Shown one piece after another: positions 52,201 through 63,504 of a DNA stretch of 64,000 nucleotides. Position numbers and translations under genes: made by a program. Source of the DNA: Octopus vulgaris (Eukaryota); assembly GCA_951406725.2 (NCBI GenBank), contig OX597814.1, positions 92,690,001 through 92,754,000 on the forward strand. The letters run 5' to 3'. A model generated the notes under the pieces. It was not told the DNA's origin. It was given only the letters and a program-made list of their open reading frames with translations, and did not search any database. Position 1 is the stretch's first letter; every line of letters starts with the position of its first letter.

Positions 52201-52617
52201 CAAGTGCCACCGACGTGTCCAAGGTGCGGGTTGGACGATGAAACCGTCCAGCACGCCTTTGTTCACTGTCGGAAGTTGTCCGACTTGATAAGTTACGCAG
52301 AACACGTGTTGTCCCATCTGGGACGAGTACAGCTGTCGGCTGAGTCTATGATTAAGATGATACCGCCAACTGGACTCTCGAAGGAAGGTGAGGCATGTTT
52401 CCACTGCACGGTGGCAGTGGTAAAGGAATGCATGTGGAGAACGAGAATGGAAGGAGCCGCGATAGGGTCCTTCATCTCCGGACCCGGCTTGCTCACTTAC
52501 TTCAGATATCATCTGAAGAGCAAAATGGGGCTGGAGAAGAGGACCCTGCCGCGGGGTGTGTACGAGAAAAGATGGAAGGAAGTAGAAAGAAAGGTGGGTG
52601 TGAGAAACCCAGCTTGA
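49228..52617 (+). CDS. ORF2: apurinic-like endonuclease, reverse transcriptase and C-terminal zinc finger, 1129 aa, intact
   Basis: NVRG, TES, VYAP, GDFN, YLDRIF, SDH (APE); GYWKLN; KSPGLDGLP, YRPITLLN, DQSKAFDRV, VRQGCPLSP, YADD (RT); CPRC..ETVQHAFVHC. Confidence 0.97.
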   Translation: MAKLGCINVRGMGSKRKQICFLNDLTTHSVDIAIATESKMSETQAFSPLLNGFEKFISPSRGRGRGVAVFIRKSLDLQVSTVFLDPEGRLVVLDVTHVSKQSFRLVAVYAPNEGRQTGFFRNLEPFLATSKTVILVGDFNTVLEAHIDSVGSTNRKGNPSLKGLLESFDLVDRYRLDEPSVPQWTWSNNDGSHRSYLDRIFIKKRDKDTFSCPQFHIVPYSDHKFVTCEVQLDKCHRQGPGYWKLNKAILNCEDFRTRIKVLVQRALCGTIINNRWWHALKRAIRLESVRFSNQLRIDRASLEGDLVKNLDEAMEAGSASGVLAARTVLYRHLNSKYEGCRVRAKLRAGKREGINVAGWARRVESKRGNRASIKSLTDEQGQKIYGQEEMQKFLHQHFARVFGGGGSLDRGRALKDFLAGGPRLAGREVECCEGAITPAEIKEILAGCAGEKSPGLDGLPYEFYQSMPDLFGGILADVYTNWQQNGRIPSSVSRGVVTLIQKDPSKGDNISNYRPITLLNVELKILAKVLAKRLTVVVEKLVGRAQTCAIPGRSIQDNLHLIRYTLDRVGKLAGKGGVMVHLDQSKAFDRVDHGYLATVLEATGLGPEFRGWISAMYSGIKSTVQINGYLTEPFSIKCSVRQGCPLSPLLYVLALEPLLRKLERLGSNSDEIGGGRTVTAYADDVTLIVSKEAQLPCVEEVIRGYEAVAGAKVNKDKSVGLRLGTWRSKPISSSVVGHWTDGPVKLLGVWFGPDSQTEKNWSEVTSRVEAIVRTWSGRSLSLKGRAEVVQMFIASVITYRLTVVPCPDSWLNKLERILFRFLWKGGKPLVRRSVCCQEPLKGGLGMPWLMMRRHALRLRHLWHHLEGDKVWSPLAEGFFPRPASLVNFKPVYIKRWKLTPWQKECRQALTLIHKTGKAGCGNTTSVFYRGLVEVKNDDVLGGALGFDEDQLANLFKKTFRSGYLDNFQRSLAWQCYRNALPVREKLSRHGVQVPPTCPRCGLDDETVQHAFVHCRKLSDLISYAEHVLSHLGRVQLSAESMIKMIPPTGLSKEGEACFHCTVAVVKECMWRTRMEGAAIGSFISGPGLLTYFRYHLKSKMGLEKRTLPRGVYEKRWKEVERKVGVRNPA

Positions 52618-53051
52618 TCATGGAGGAGAGAGAGGAAGTGGAAGCTGCAGGGCCTCACAAATTGCCGGGGTGTAAAAACGCCAGTGAGACGACAAGGTTA
52701 CCTACTGTTGTTTGCTATACTAGTTAAGCAAAGGTTAATATTTTTATAACGAATTTAAACAATTTTTAAACGATTCTCTTAAATGTTTTTGTATGTATGT
52801 CCTGTATTTGTAATTCTGTGTACCGATTTTTATAATCGTAATAAAGAAATATCTACTGAGTACCGCTTCTGTTAATTGCGTTATTTTTCTGTTTGCGTTG
52901 TGAGAAAATTGCTGCTCCCATTTAAGAGAGTCGAAGTTGTGAATTTATTGTTTGTACCAACTGCTTTGAACAGTGCCCGTTGTGAAACGGTGATTTTCGC
53001 CCTACGGGGCAGAAAATTTTGTATTATTTGAAATTTGCTACCTTTGAGGTG

Positions 53052-54107
53052 ATGGAGTTCGACTTAACGTCGAAGGACGATTTTCCCGTGATGGGAAAAG
53101 GTGAAACCATGGAAAACCCAGTAACCAAACAGTCATTCTCGGCCGCGGTGGGCGGCGCTATGATAGAGGTCGAATTCAAGATCGAACAGCTGTATGAATA
53201 CAGGAATCTTGTAAAGGTGGAAGGAGGAGAGATAAGGCTGGTACCGCCGCAAGCGAAAGTGCAAGAAATCAAGGAAAGGATTGTAACTTATAAAGTGTAT
53301 AGCTTTAAGGAAAAAAAGATTATGGACGCGAAAAACGAAATTGTTGAGAAGTGCCTGTCCCCGGTGTGGGACAGAATTCGTCACATCGCGAGAGGCGCAC
53401 GTAGTGCTACGGTAGAGGTGCACTTCGACACGGCAGAAGTGGCGAAGGAGGTGTCGTCGTTAACCTTAAAAAGCGACGACATCATGTTGTTACCCTCGTA
53501 TATGGGGAAACGAACTGCAAAGTTAGTGGTAGATGACATACCCAGAGGGTACGACATCATGTGGGTGGCAGCGGCGGTACTACACAACATGGAGCGGGAA
53601 ATTTCAATTCTGCAAATGAGAAGGAAGGAAGTGGTACGCTGGAAGGGTCAGACCTTGGAACTCCTCGTACAGGCAGAGAACAAGATCTTGGAGAGCCTGC
53701 CTGACAGAATTTTTAATGAGGACGGCACGTCCATGAGAGTGTCGGTGGAGGGACGTAGACCCAGATGCTTCAAGTGTGGAGAGAAGGGTCACGTCCGGTC
53801 CAACTGCATTAAGAAAAAAAGAACAGAAGAAACGCCTCCTCAAAGTGTACCTGTCACTGAAGGGGAGGAAACAAGCAAGAACAACCAAATGAAGAAGACA
53901 AGTACGGAAACGAAAACGGATTCAAAAGAACCAATGGACTACACACAAGTCACACACAAAAGAAAAAAGAGAACACCCAGGACTCCCCTCCCCAAACAAG
54001 GAAAAAAACAACAAACACAGCAGACACACACATTAAACAAATCCCCCAACCCTACCCCCATGGCACTGTTTTCATTGGAAAACAGTTTGCCAAACCCCTC
54101 CCCATAA
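53052..54107 (+). CDS. ORF1 of copy B (CCHC zinc-knuckle protein)
   Basis: First ATG at 53052 (MEFDLTSKDDFP...); single CX2CX4HX4C knuckle and basic tail. Confidence 0.88.
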   Translation: MEFDLTSKDDFPVMGKGETMENPVTKQSFSAAVGGAMIEVEFKIEQLYEYRNLVKVEGGEIRLVPPQAKVQEIKERIVTYKVYSFKEKKIMDAKNEIVEKCLSPVWDRIRHIARGARSATVEVHFDTAEVAKEVSSLTLKSDDIMLLPSYMGKRTAKLVVDDIPRGYDIMWVAAAVLHNMEREISILQMRRKEVVRWKGQTLELLVQAENKILESLPDRIFNEDGTSMRVSVEGRRPRCFKCGEKGHVRSNCIKKKRTEETPPQSVPVTEGEETSKNNQMKKTSTETKTDSKEPMDYTQVTHKRKKRTPRTPLPKQGKKQQTQQTHTLNKSPNPTPMALFSLENSLPNPSP

Positions 54108-54475
54108 AACAAGACATCAAAAAGTGCATATCGAAAAACGAAAGAATTATAGCCTTTGATGAAAAAAATGAAAAAGTTTACAAATGCTGCAAACTCGCGA
54201 GATTTCCACTGTATAGTAGAACCTCAGATGGGAAGGCGACCGCTCGTTTCGCGAAGGTAGGGGAGAACGAGTGGAAGGAGGAGGTTCTTCAGGAACACCT
54301 GAGGAACCGTCTTATTAGAGATGTAACCAAGGAGGTAATGGAGGGTAAACTGGCAATAACCCCGGCAACCACACCCACCCAGAGCCCAGTGGCAACGCCG
54401 GTCAAGAACCCTGCAGCAACGGAAGAAAGGGAAGCAGGCAGATTGAAACTGTCATGCTCCCTCTCGCAACCGTGA
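53861..54475 (+). CDS. Open -1 frame extending ORF1, copy B
   Basis: Same frame as 48585-49199; the one difference I saw (ACT/ACC, Thr) is synonymous in this frame. Confidence 0.7.
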   Translation, partial: RGGNKQEQPNEEDKYGNENGFKRTNGLHTSHTQKKKENTQDSPPQTRKKTTNTADTHIKQIPQPYPHGTVFIGKQFAKPLPIKQDIKKCISKNERIIAFDEKNEKVYKCCKLARFPLYSRTSDGKATARFAKVGENEWKEEVLQEHLRNRLIRDVTKEVMEGKLAITPATTPTQSPVATPVKNPAATEEREAGRLKLSCSLSQP

Positions 54476-54503
54476 GTATATACATTTCCTTCTCTCACCC
54501 ACA

Positions 54504-57500
54504 ATGGCTAAGCTGGGCTGTATAAATGTACGTGGAATGGGGTCGAAACGGAAACAAATTTGTTTCCTGAACGACCTCACGACACACAGTGTAGATATTG
54601 CTATTGCAACCGAGTCCAAGATGAGCGAGACCCAAGCGTTCTCGCCTCTTCTAAATGGTTTCGAGAAATTTATTTCTCCTAGCCGAGGAAGAGGCAGAGG
54701 CGTGGCAGTCTTCATCAGGAAGAGCTTGGACTTGCAGGTAAGTACTGTCTTTCTGGACCCAGAAGGCAGGCTGGTTGTCCTGGATGTGACTCACGTAAGT
54801 AAACAGTCCTTCAGGTTGGTAGCTGTCTACGCCCCGAACGAGGGTAGACAGACGGGTTTTTTCCGGAACCTGGAGCCCTTTTTAGCGACGTCGAAAACAG
54901 TAATCCTAGTAGGGGACTTTAACACTGTCCTTGAAGCGCACATCGACAGTGTTGGCTCAACCAATAGGAAGGGGAACCCTAGCCTCAAGGGTCTACTAGA
55001 GAGCTTTGATCTAGTGGACCGTTACCGACTGGATGAGCCGAGCGTTCCACAGTGGACGTGGAGTAACAACGACGGCTCACACAGATCGTATCTAGATAGG
55101 ATATTTATTAAGAAAAGAGATAAGGATACGTTTAGTTGTCCACAATTTCATATTGTACCTTACTCGGATCACAAATTTGTGACGTGTGAGGTGCAATTAG
55201 ACAAGTGTCATAGACAGGGACCCGGGTACTGGAAGCTGAACAAGGCTATTTTGAATTGTGAAGACTTCCGTACCCGGATTAAGGTGTTAGTTCAGAGGGC
55301 ATTGTGTGGCACCATCATTAACAATAGATGGTGGCACGCCCTCAAAAGAGCCATTCGTTTAGAGTCCGTCAGATTTAGCAATCAGCTAAGGATAGATAGG
55401 GCTAGTCTAGAGGGCGATTTAGTCAAGAATCTAGACGAGGCAATGGAAGCTGGCTCTGCATCCGGAGTGTTGGCGGCAAGGACGGTATTGTACCGTCACC
55501 TTAACTCCAAGTACGAAGGTTGCAGAGTCAGAGCTAAGCTGCGTGCTGGGAAACGAGAAGGTATTAACGTGGCCGGATGGGCCCGTCGTGTGGAGAGTAA
55601 GAGAGGCAATAGAGCCTCAATTAAATCTTTGACTGACGAACAGGGACAAAAGATCTATGGACAGGAGGAGATGCAAAAGTTTCTTCACCAGCATTTCGCT
55701 CGCGTGTTCGGGGGTGGTGGTTCGCTGGATCGGGGAGGGCCTTAAAGGACTTCCTGGCCGGCGGACCGCGGCTCGCGGGGCGTGAAGTGGAGTGCTGTGA
55801 GGGAGCGATCACTCCCGCGGAGATAAAGGAGATACTGGCCGGATGCGCCGGGGAGAAGTCGCCGGGGTTGGATGGTCTGCCCTATGAGTTTTACCAAAGT
55901 ATGCCGGACTTGTTCGGGGGAATACTGGCAGGCGTCTACACGAACTGGCAGCAGAATGGGAGAATCCCCAGTTCTGTAAGCCGGGGAGTGGTGACGCTAA
56001 TCCAGAAAGACCCGAGCAAGGGGGATAATATTAGTAACTACAGGCCCATAACTCTACTTAATGTAGAGTTAAAGATTCTGGCCAAGGTGTTAGCAAAAAG
56101 GTTGACGGTTGTCGTGGAGAAACTTGTAGGGAGAGCACAGACATGTGCAATTCCAGGCAGGTCGATCCAGGACAATCTTCACCTTATACGCTACACCTTA
56201 GATAGGGTGGGTAAATTAGCCGGCAAAGGTGGGGTAATGGTCCATTTAGACCAAAGTAAAGCCTTCGATAGGGTAGACCATGGGTACCTGGCGACGGTCC
56301 TCGAAGCGACTGGGCTGGGCCCTGAATTTCGCGGGTGGATCTCCGCTATGTATAGCGGCATCAAGTCCACCGTCCAGATAAACGGTTACCTAACGGAACC
56401 GTTTTCGATCAAGTGTTCAGTGCGTCAGGGGTGCCCTTGTCACCACTTTTGTACGTATTGGCTCTTGAGCCACTGCTGCGAAAGTTGGAGAGGCTGGGGA
56501 GTAACTCGGATGAAATCGGAGGTGGGAGGACGGTTACTGCTTACGCGGATGACGTCACCCTCATCGTGTCCAAAGAGGCCCAACTACCTTGTGTAGAGGA
56601 GGCTATCAGAGGATACGAGGCGGTGGCAGGAGCAAGGGTTAACAAGGACAAATCGGTTGGCTTGCGCCTCGGCACCTGGAGGAGCAAGCCGATATCGTCC
56701 AGTGTCGTGGGACACTGGACGGATGGCCCTGTTAAGTTGCTGGGAGTTTGGTTTGGACCAGACTCCCAAACGGAGAAGAACTGGAGTGAGGTGACGAGCA
56801 AGGTGGAGGCCATAGTACGGACCTGGTCCGGAAGGTCTCTGTCCTTGAAAGGAAAGGCGGAGGTGGTACAGATGTTCATTGCATCTGTAATCACCTACCG
56901 CCTGACCGTCGTCCCTTGCCCCGATTCATGGCTTAACAAGTTGGAACGAATCCTTTTCCGCTTTTTGTGGAAAGGAGGAAAGCCACTTGTGAGACGCTCC
57001 GTTTGCTGCCAAGAACCGTTAAAGGGTGGGTTAGGGATGCCTTGGTTGATGATGCGCAGACATGCGTTGAGGCTAAGGCACCTCTGGCACCACCTGGAGG
57101 GTGATAAGGTGTGGAGTCCGCTGGCAGAGGGTTTTTTCCCGAGACCGGCCTCCTTAGTGAATTTTAAACCCGGTTACATCAAAAGATGGAAACTGACTCC
57201 ATGGCAAAAGGAGTGCCGACAGGCACTCACGCTGATCCACAGGACGGGCAAGGCCGGCTGCGGAAATACCACCTCGGTATTTTATAGAGGGCTGGTGGAA
57301 GCAAAAAATGACGACGTCCTAGGAGGGGCTCTGGGGTTTGATGAAGACCAGCTTGCCAACCTGTTTAAAAAAACTTTCAGGTCGGGGTATTTGGATAATT
57401 TCCAAAGATCCCTGGCCTGGCAGTGCTACAGGAATGCTTTACCTGTTCGCGAGAAGTTATCGCGGCACGGAGTTCAAGTGCCACCGACGTGTCCAAGGTG

Positions 57501-57891
57501 CGGGTTGGACGATGAAACCGTCCAGCACGCTTTTGTTCACTGTCGGAAGTTGTCCGACTTGATAAGTTACGCAGAACACGTGTTATCGCATCTGGGACGA
57601 GTACAGCTGTCGGCTGAGTCTATGATTAAGATGATACCGCCAACTGGACTCTCGAAGGAAGGTGAGGCATGTTTTCACTGCACGGTTGCAGTGGTAAAGG
57701 AATGCATGTGGAGAACGAGAATGGAAGGAGCCGCGATAGGGTCCTTTGTCTCCGGCCCCAGCTTGCTCACCTACTTCAGATATCATCTGAAGAGCAAAAT
57801 GGGGCTGGAGAAGAGGGCCTTGCCGCGGGGTGTGTATGAGAAAAGATGGAAGGAAGTGGAAAGAAAGGTGGGTGTGAGAAACCCAGCTTGA
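54504..57891 (+). pseudogene. ORF2 of copy B, split by two 1-nt homopolymer deletions
   Basis: G5 to G4 at ~55732-55735 and C4 to C3 at ~56434-56436 relative to copy A; pieces 54504-55745, 55787-56596, 56413-57891. Confidence 0.9.
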
Positions 57892-58136
57892 CCATGGAGG
57901 AGAGAGGGGAAGTGGAAGCTGCAGGGCCTCATAAATTGCCGGGGTGTAAAAGCTCCAGTGAGACTACAAGTTCACCTACTGTTGTTTGCTATACTAGTTA
58001 TGCAAAGGTTAATATTTTATAACGAATTGAAACATAATTTTTAATCGAATCTCTTAAATGTTTTTGTATGTATGTCCTGTATTTGTCCTTCTGTGTATCG
58101 ATTTTTATAATCTTAATAAAGAAATATCTACTGAGT

Positions 58137-58560
58137 GCCGCTGTTAGTTTATTTCTGATCCATAAAGGCCTATAGCTTCAACAGAGTACTGCTTTTTGGT
58201 TTACCGTAAGGTTTGTTGTTATTATTATTTCTGTTTAACCATTGTTATCACGTTTGTTGGTTCCTTGTAAGGGAAGCATTGTTGTGTTGCGTTTGTTATA
58301 TAATTGTAAACCGTAACCCTCCCCCTTTGGGAGAAGGAGCTTTGGTTATTGTTTAAAAATTGAATTGTGTCCCTGTTTGGGGAAATTGACAATATTTTCA
58401 CTGTTTACACGGAAGTATTTTTGTTAAAATGTCTTCAATAGAAGAAAGTCCAAAAACGAATTTCGCTGCAGCCATCGGATTGTAGCCACACTTCTATACA
58501 AGAGGGAGGACAAGATACAATTGATCAAAATTACAAGAGACGGGCTAACAATTCCAGTCT
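58137..58560 (+). mobile_element. Probable 5' remnant of a diverged Tx1-like relative
   Basis: Starts GCCGCTGTTAG (A/B start ACCGCTTCTGTTAA), T-rich leader, then ATG 58429 MSSIEESPKTNFAAAIG (A/B: MENPVTKQSFSAAVGG). Confidence 0.5.
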
Positions 58561-59619
58561 GTTATATATTTTGAGTATTGTTATCACTAGCGATATCAAG
58601 ATATAACTTTGTATTTTGTATTTTATGTGTAGATGTATATATATATAGATGTACATGTAATATGTACACATATATATACACATATATACATGCACTAGCA
58701 CTATGACCCGGCAACGACAGGTCTTTAATGCTTGTACATATATATATATATATATATATATGTATGCATGTATGTATATATGTTTGTTTGTTTTTACTAT
58801 TTTCAGTATATGGAATTTTACACCATGTGTATACTTACACACACACTCATATATATGTGTTTATGTATATATACATATAAATGCATATATGTGTGTATAA
58901 AGAAATTTATTTATATTATATGTATGCATCTGTGTGTGTCTGTGTATGTAGGAACATACACACACATGCATAGACATGCACTCAAAAAACATTTACTCAT
59001 CCATTTATATATATATATATATATACACATGCATACATACATGCATACACACATGCATACACACATGCATACATACATACATACATACATACATACATAC
59101 ATACATACATACATACATACATACATACATACATACATGCATGCATGCATAAACAATGCATAGTATATCCACATTCACATTCAATTGGTGAATCAAAATT
59201 TGGGAGTGTTAATAAGAGAATAAGCAATATATATCTTGTTTGATTCTTTACAAATTTGTGCTTATCCATGTGAATAAGACACAGAAAATCACTCATGCAT
59301 ACACCCACATAAACACTTACCACATACACAATACACACATATATACTTTAAATCTAACAATATAATAATAGTAAGGTTAATACTAACTTTCAATGCGAGG
59401 GTCTCTATGACTTGGGTCATTCCCTTAGAAATAGCAGTCAAAATCTCTCTTAAATTACTCTCCACCATTTTCCAAGGAAGAATGAGACACATTGGATAAT
59501 GTGGTCTGAGATACACAATCCTTGAGTTAGAGATGAGAAGGATGGGGTCAGAAAACCTTTGATCAGAGATCTGATAAGATCAGAGCTCATCTAATATAAC
59601 ACAATAAGGACATGCAAAC

Positions 59620-62078
59620 AGTGTTGAAGGCTACTGACCAGATCTGTGGATGGTGCAAAGTCCCCTCTCGACCTAAGTTAATGTAGTGCTGGAACAATGT
59701 AGTTGACAGGACCATTAGGGAAAAGAAACAGATATAGAAGGACTGGAAGAATGGTGGTAGCAGGGAACTGCATCAGATCACAAGAAGGGAAGCTAGGAGA
59801 CAGGTTTACTTAGACAGAGGGGAAGCAGATAGGAAAAATTTGCAAGTGTTCTGTGTTGAGAGGACCAAAGACTTAAAGTGTTTCGTGTTGCAAGACTGTG
59901 TGAGAAAGAATCGTGATGTCATAGGAGAGAAATGTGTCCACATGGATGATGACTCACTTGCATTCAATGAGGTAGCAGAGAGACTTGGAGACACCACTAT
60001 GGAAGGTTGCTAAATGAAGAGAATGAATGGGAGAAAGAGAGTCTGCCAAAAGTCGACCCAACAGGGGGATCAGCTATCCGAATTGACAGTACCTTAGTAG
60101 ATAAAGCAATTAAGAGTATGAAGACAGAGAAAGCATCCGGCCCATCAGGAATCATCGCAGAGATGCTTGAAATATCTGGTGGAGTAGGCTATAGTCTAGT
60201 CACCCTTATAGTCAATCAGGTGATACATGAAAGAGTCATACCCAATGACTGGTGTAGTAACACCATAGTCAACTGCTACAAAGGTAAAGGTGACACATTA
60301 GATACAAATAATTACAGAGGTATCAAGTTGTTGGATCAGGTAATGAAAGTCACAGAGAGGGTCATAGCCCAACTAATTAGGGAGAGAGTTAGTTTAGATG
60401 AGATGCAGTTTGGGTTTGTGCCAGGGAAAAGCACCACTGATGCTATATTTCTGGTAAGACAGCTGCAGGAGAAATACCTAACCAAAGATAAATCTCTGTA
60501 CTTGGCATTTGTTGACATGGAGAAACCCTTTGACAGGGTTTCCCAATCCTTTATCTGGTGGTCAATATGGAAACTAGGGATGGATGAGTGGATAGTGAGA
60601 GTGGTACAAGCCGTGTACAAGGATGCTGTCAGTAAAGTGAGGGTTGACAACAAGTATAGTAAAGAATTCTGGGTAGGAGTAGAGGTATGCCAAGGATCAG
60701 CCCTCAGCCTCCTCTTATTCATCATAGTTCGCCAGGCAATAACAGAGTAATTCAAGACAGGATGCCCCTGGGAGCTCCTCTATGCTGATGACTTTGCTCT
60801 AATAGCTGAGTCACTATCAGAACTAGAGGAGAAGTTTCAGGTGTGGAAGCAAGGTCTAGAATCGAAGGGACTTAGAGTCAATCTAGCAAAAACCAAAGTC
60901 TCAGTAAGTAGGAAGGCAGACAAATCACAAATCCCTTCAGGTAGATGGCCCTGCTCAATCTATAGAAAAGGTGTAGGTAGAAACTCCATAAGATGTGCCC
61001 AATGTAATCTATAGACACATAGGAGGTGCAGCAATATCAAAGGGAGGCTAACTGGGAGGTGATTGTTTTTGTGTGTGGCAGATGCACAGGGGCAATGAAC
61101 ACTGAAAATGTGCAGAAAACAGCTTCTGTCACATGCCAGGGGAAAAAACTAGAAGTAGTTGATAGCTTTTGTTGCTTAGGTGACCAAGTCAGGAGCAGGG
61201 GTGGATAAAGCTCCTACCTCTGCTAGTAACAAAGGATATCTCATTCAGAATGAAAGGTAGACCATATGATGCATGTGTGCGAACAGCCATGCTACACAGC
61301 AGTGAAACATGGGCTCTGACTGCTGAGGACATGCATAAGCTTGCAAGAAATGAAGCTAGTATGCTTTGCTGGATGTGTAATGTCAGTGTGCATACACAAC
61401 AGAGTGTAAGTGCCCTGAGAAAAATGTTGGACATAAGAAGCATCAGCTGTGGTGTGCAAGAGAGACGACTGTGTTGATGTGGTCATGTGTTGCATATGGA
61501 TTAAGACAGCTGTGTGAAAAAGTGTCACACCCTAACAGTGGAGGGAACTTGTGGAAGAGGTAAACCCAGGAAGACCTGGGAGGAGATGATGAAGCATGAC
61601 TTTTGAATGGTGGGCCTCACGGAGCAATGACAAGTGACTGAGACCTATGGAGATATGCTGTGCTTGAGACCCAGCAAGCCAAATGAGACTGTAGCCATGG
61701 CCTATACCAGTGTCACATAACTGACTCATATAAGAGTACCCATCAATCATTGGGCAACATACTATGCTTGAGAAGACCTGCTGAATCAAGTGAAATCATT
61801 ATCATTCGAGTGTGGTCCTTGCCAGTGCCACATAAAATGCACCATTTGAGCATGGTCAATGCCAGTACTGCCTGACTGGCCTCTGTGCCAGTGGTATATA
61901 AAAAGCACCCACTGCACTCTTGGAATGGTTGGCATTAGGAAGGGTATCCAGCTGTAGGAACCTTGCCAGGTCAAATTGGAGCTTGATGCAGCCTTCTGGT
62001 TTGCCAGTCCTCAGTCAAACCGTCCAACCCATGCCAGCATGGAAAGCAGACGTTAAACGATGATGATGATGATGATGA
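59620..62078 (+). mobile_element. 5'-truncated decayed RTE-clade LINE with (GAT)n tail, same family as 24315-26720
   Basis: ORF 60007-60750 RT region, ELLYADD near 60780, tail GACGTTAAAC(GAT)n. Confidence 0.92.
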
Positions 62079-62276
62079 TATATAAAAGTATGCGCAGGAG
62101 TGGCTATAGGAGCAGGAATGTCTGTGTACTAAGCAGCATGCTTACCAACCACATGATTCTGGGTTCAGTCCCACTATGTGGCACCTTGGGCAAGTATCTT
62201 CCACTGTAGCCGCAGACCAACTAGAGTCTTGAGACTGGATTCGGTAGACGGAAACTGAAACAAGCCCATCATATAA

Positions 62277-62341
<65 letters not shown>

Positions 62342-62608
62342 TGTATGTATGTATGTATGTATGTATGTATGTATGTATGTGTATATGTTTGTGTGTCTGT
62401 GTTTGTCCTCCCAATATCACTTGACAACTGATGTTGGTGTGTTTATGTCCCCATAACTTAGAGGTTTGGCAAAAGAGACTGATAGAATAAGTCCTGCTCG
62501 ACTAACGGATGGTGCTCTAGCATGGCCACAGTCAAATGACTGAAACAAGTAAAAGAGTAAAGGAGTAAAAAAAGATATACATACACACACGCACATATAC
62601 ATACATAT

Positions 62609-62644
<36 letters not shown>

Positions 62645-62914
62645 ATGTGTGTGTTAGAAACCTCAAACCAAAAGCAAAGGAAAGGAAGAAAAAGGCAGTC
62701 AAGTTTACTTAATATTGCTTTGATCCTTTAAATAACCATTTTTAACATGAAGCTGTTATTACCGTAAAAATAAATTACAGACTAAGTATCAACCACTGTT
62801 GTGGTTTTAGTATTAGTATAGAATTAACATTTACCGTTAGGAGGTCAAAGTGAGGTCATACACTTGTTTATTTTCAGTAACCACACTGTTGGAACAGTAC
62901 CCTTACATTACATC

Positions 62915-63110
62915 ACTCCACACACACACACACATTTTAAGCTGCAACTTAGAGATGATCTAATTAGTAAACCTGAACTCACTAACTTGTACTATACGCA
63001 ATGGAGCCTCCACATGGTTGCTAGACCTTAAAGAAATAGCAGCTAAATTTGTACACTAACATCATGCCACATACACAACACACACACATACACAACACAC
63101 ACACATACAC

Positions 63111-63156
<46 letters not shown>

Positions 63157-63410
63157 TACACATTTTAAGCTGCAAATTAGAGATGATCTAATTAGTAAAC
63201 CTGAACTCACTAACTTGTACTATATGCAATGGAGCCTCCACATGGTTGCTAGTCCTTCAAGAAATAGCAGCAAAATTTGTACACTAACATCACGCCACAC
63301 ACAACACACACACACACACACACACATTTTAAACTGCAATTTTATGATGATCTCTTTACCAAAATCTGTACCCACTAACCTGCACTGTACACAGTGGAGC
63401 CTTTACATCA
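62915..63410 (+). repeat. Tandem repeat: ~145-bp unit plus variable (CA)n, two full copies and one partial
   Basis: CACATTTTAAGCTGCAA.TTAGAGATGATCTAATTAG...GGAGCCTCCACATGGTTGCTAG near 62932, 63159, 63323. Confidence 0.8.
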
Positions 63411-63504
63411 GCAGTTTTCAACCATATTTTTTACCTATGGACCTTTTTCATTCCTATTTTACTTGAGTGGACCCACACAGTTATTCAATGTTTAAGAAAT
63501 CATT

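Larger units (their letters stand above)
47587..52851 (+). mobile_element. Full-length L1/Tx1-clade non-LTR retrotransposon, copy A
   Basis: 5' UTR, CCHC ORF1, intact APE-RT ORF2, 3' UTR ending AATAAAGAAATA; TCTACTGAGT at 47577-47586 and 52852-52861. Confidence 0.96.
52862..58126 (+). mobile_element. Full-length L1/Tx1-clade retrotransposon, copy B
   Basis: Direct repeat of copy A with period 5,275 bp; followed by TCTACTGAGT at 58127-58136. Confidence 0.96.

Noticed and set aside
47749-57786. Short antisense and alternative-frame ORFs inside the Tx1-like copies
   Set aside because: Shadow frames of GC-richer coding sequence, duplicated only because the element is.
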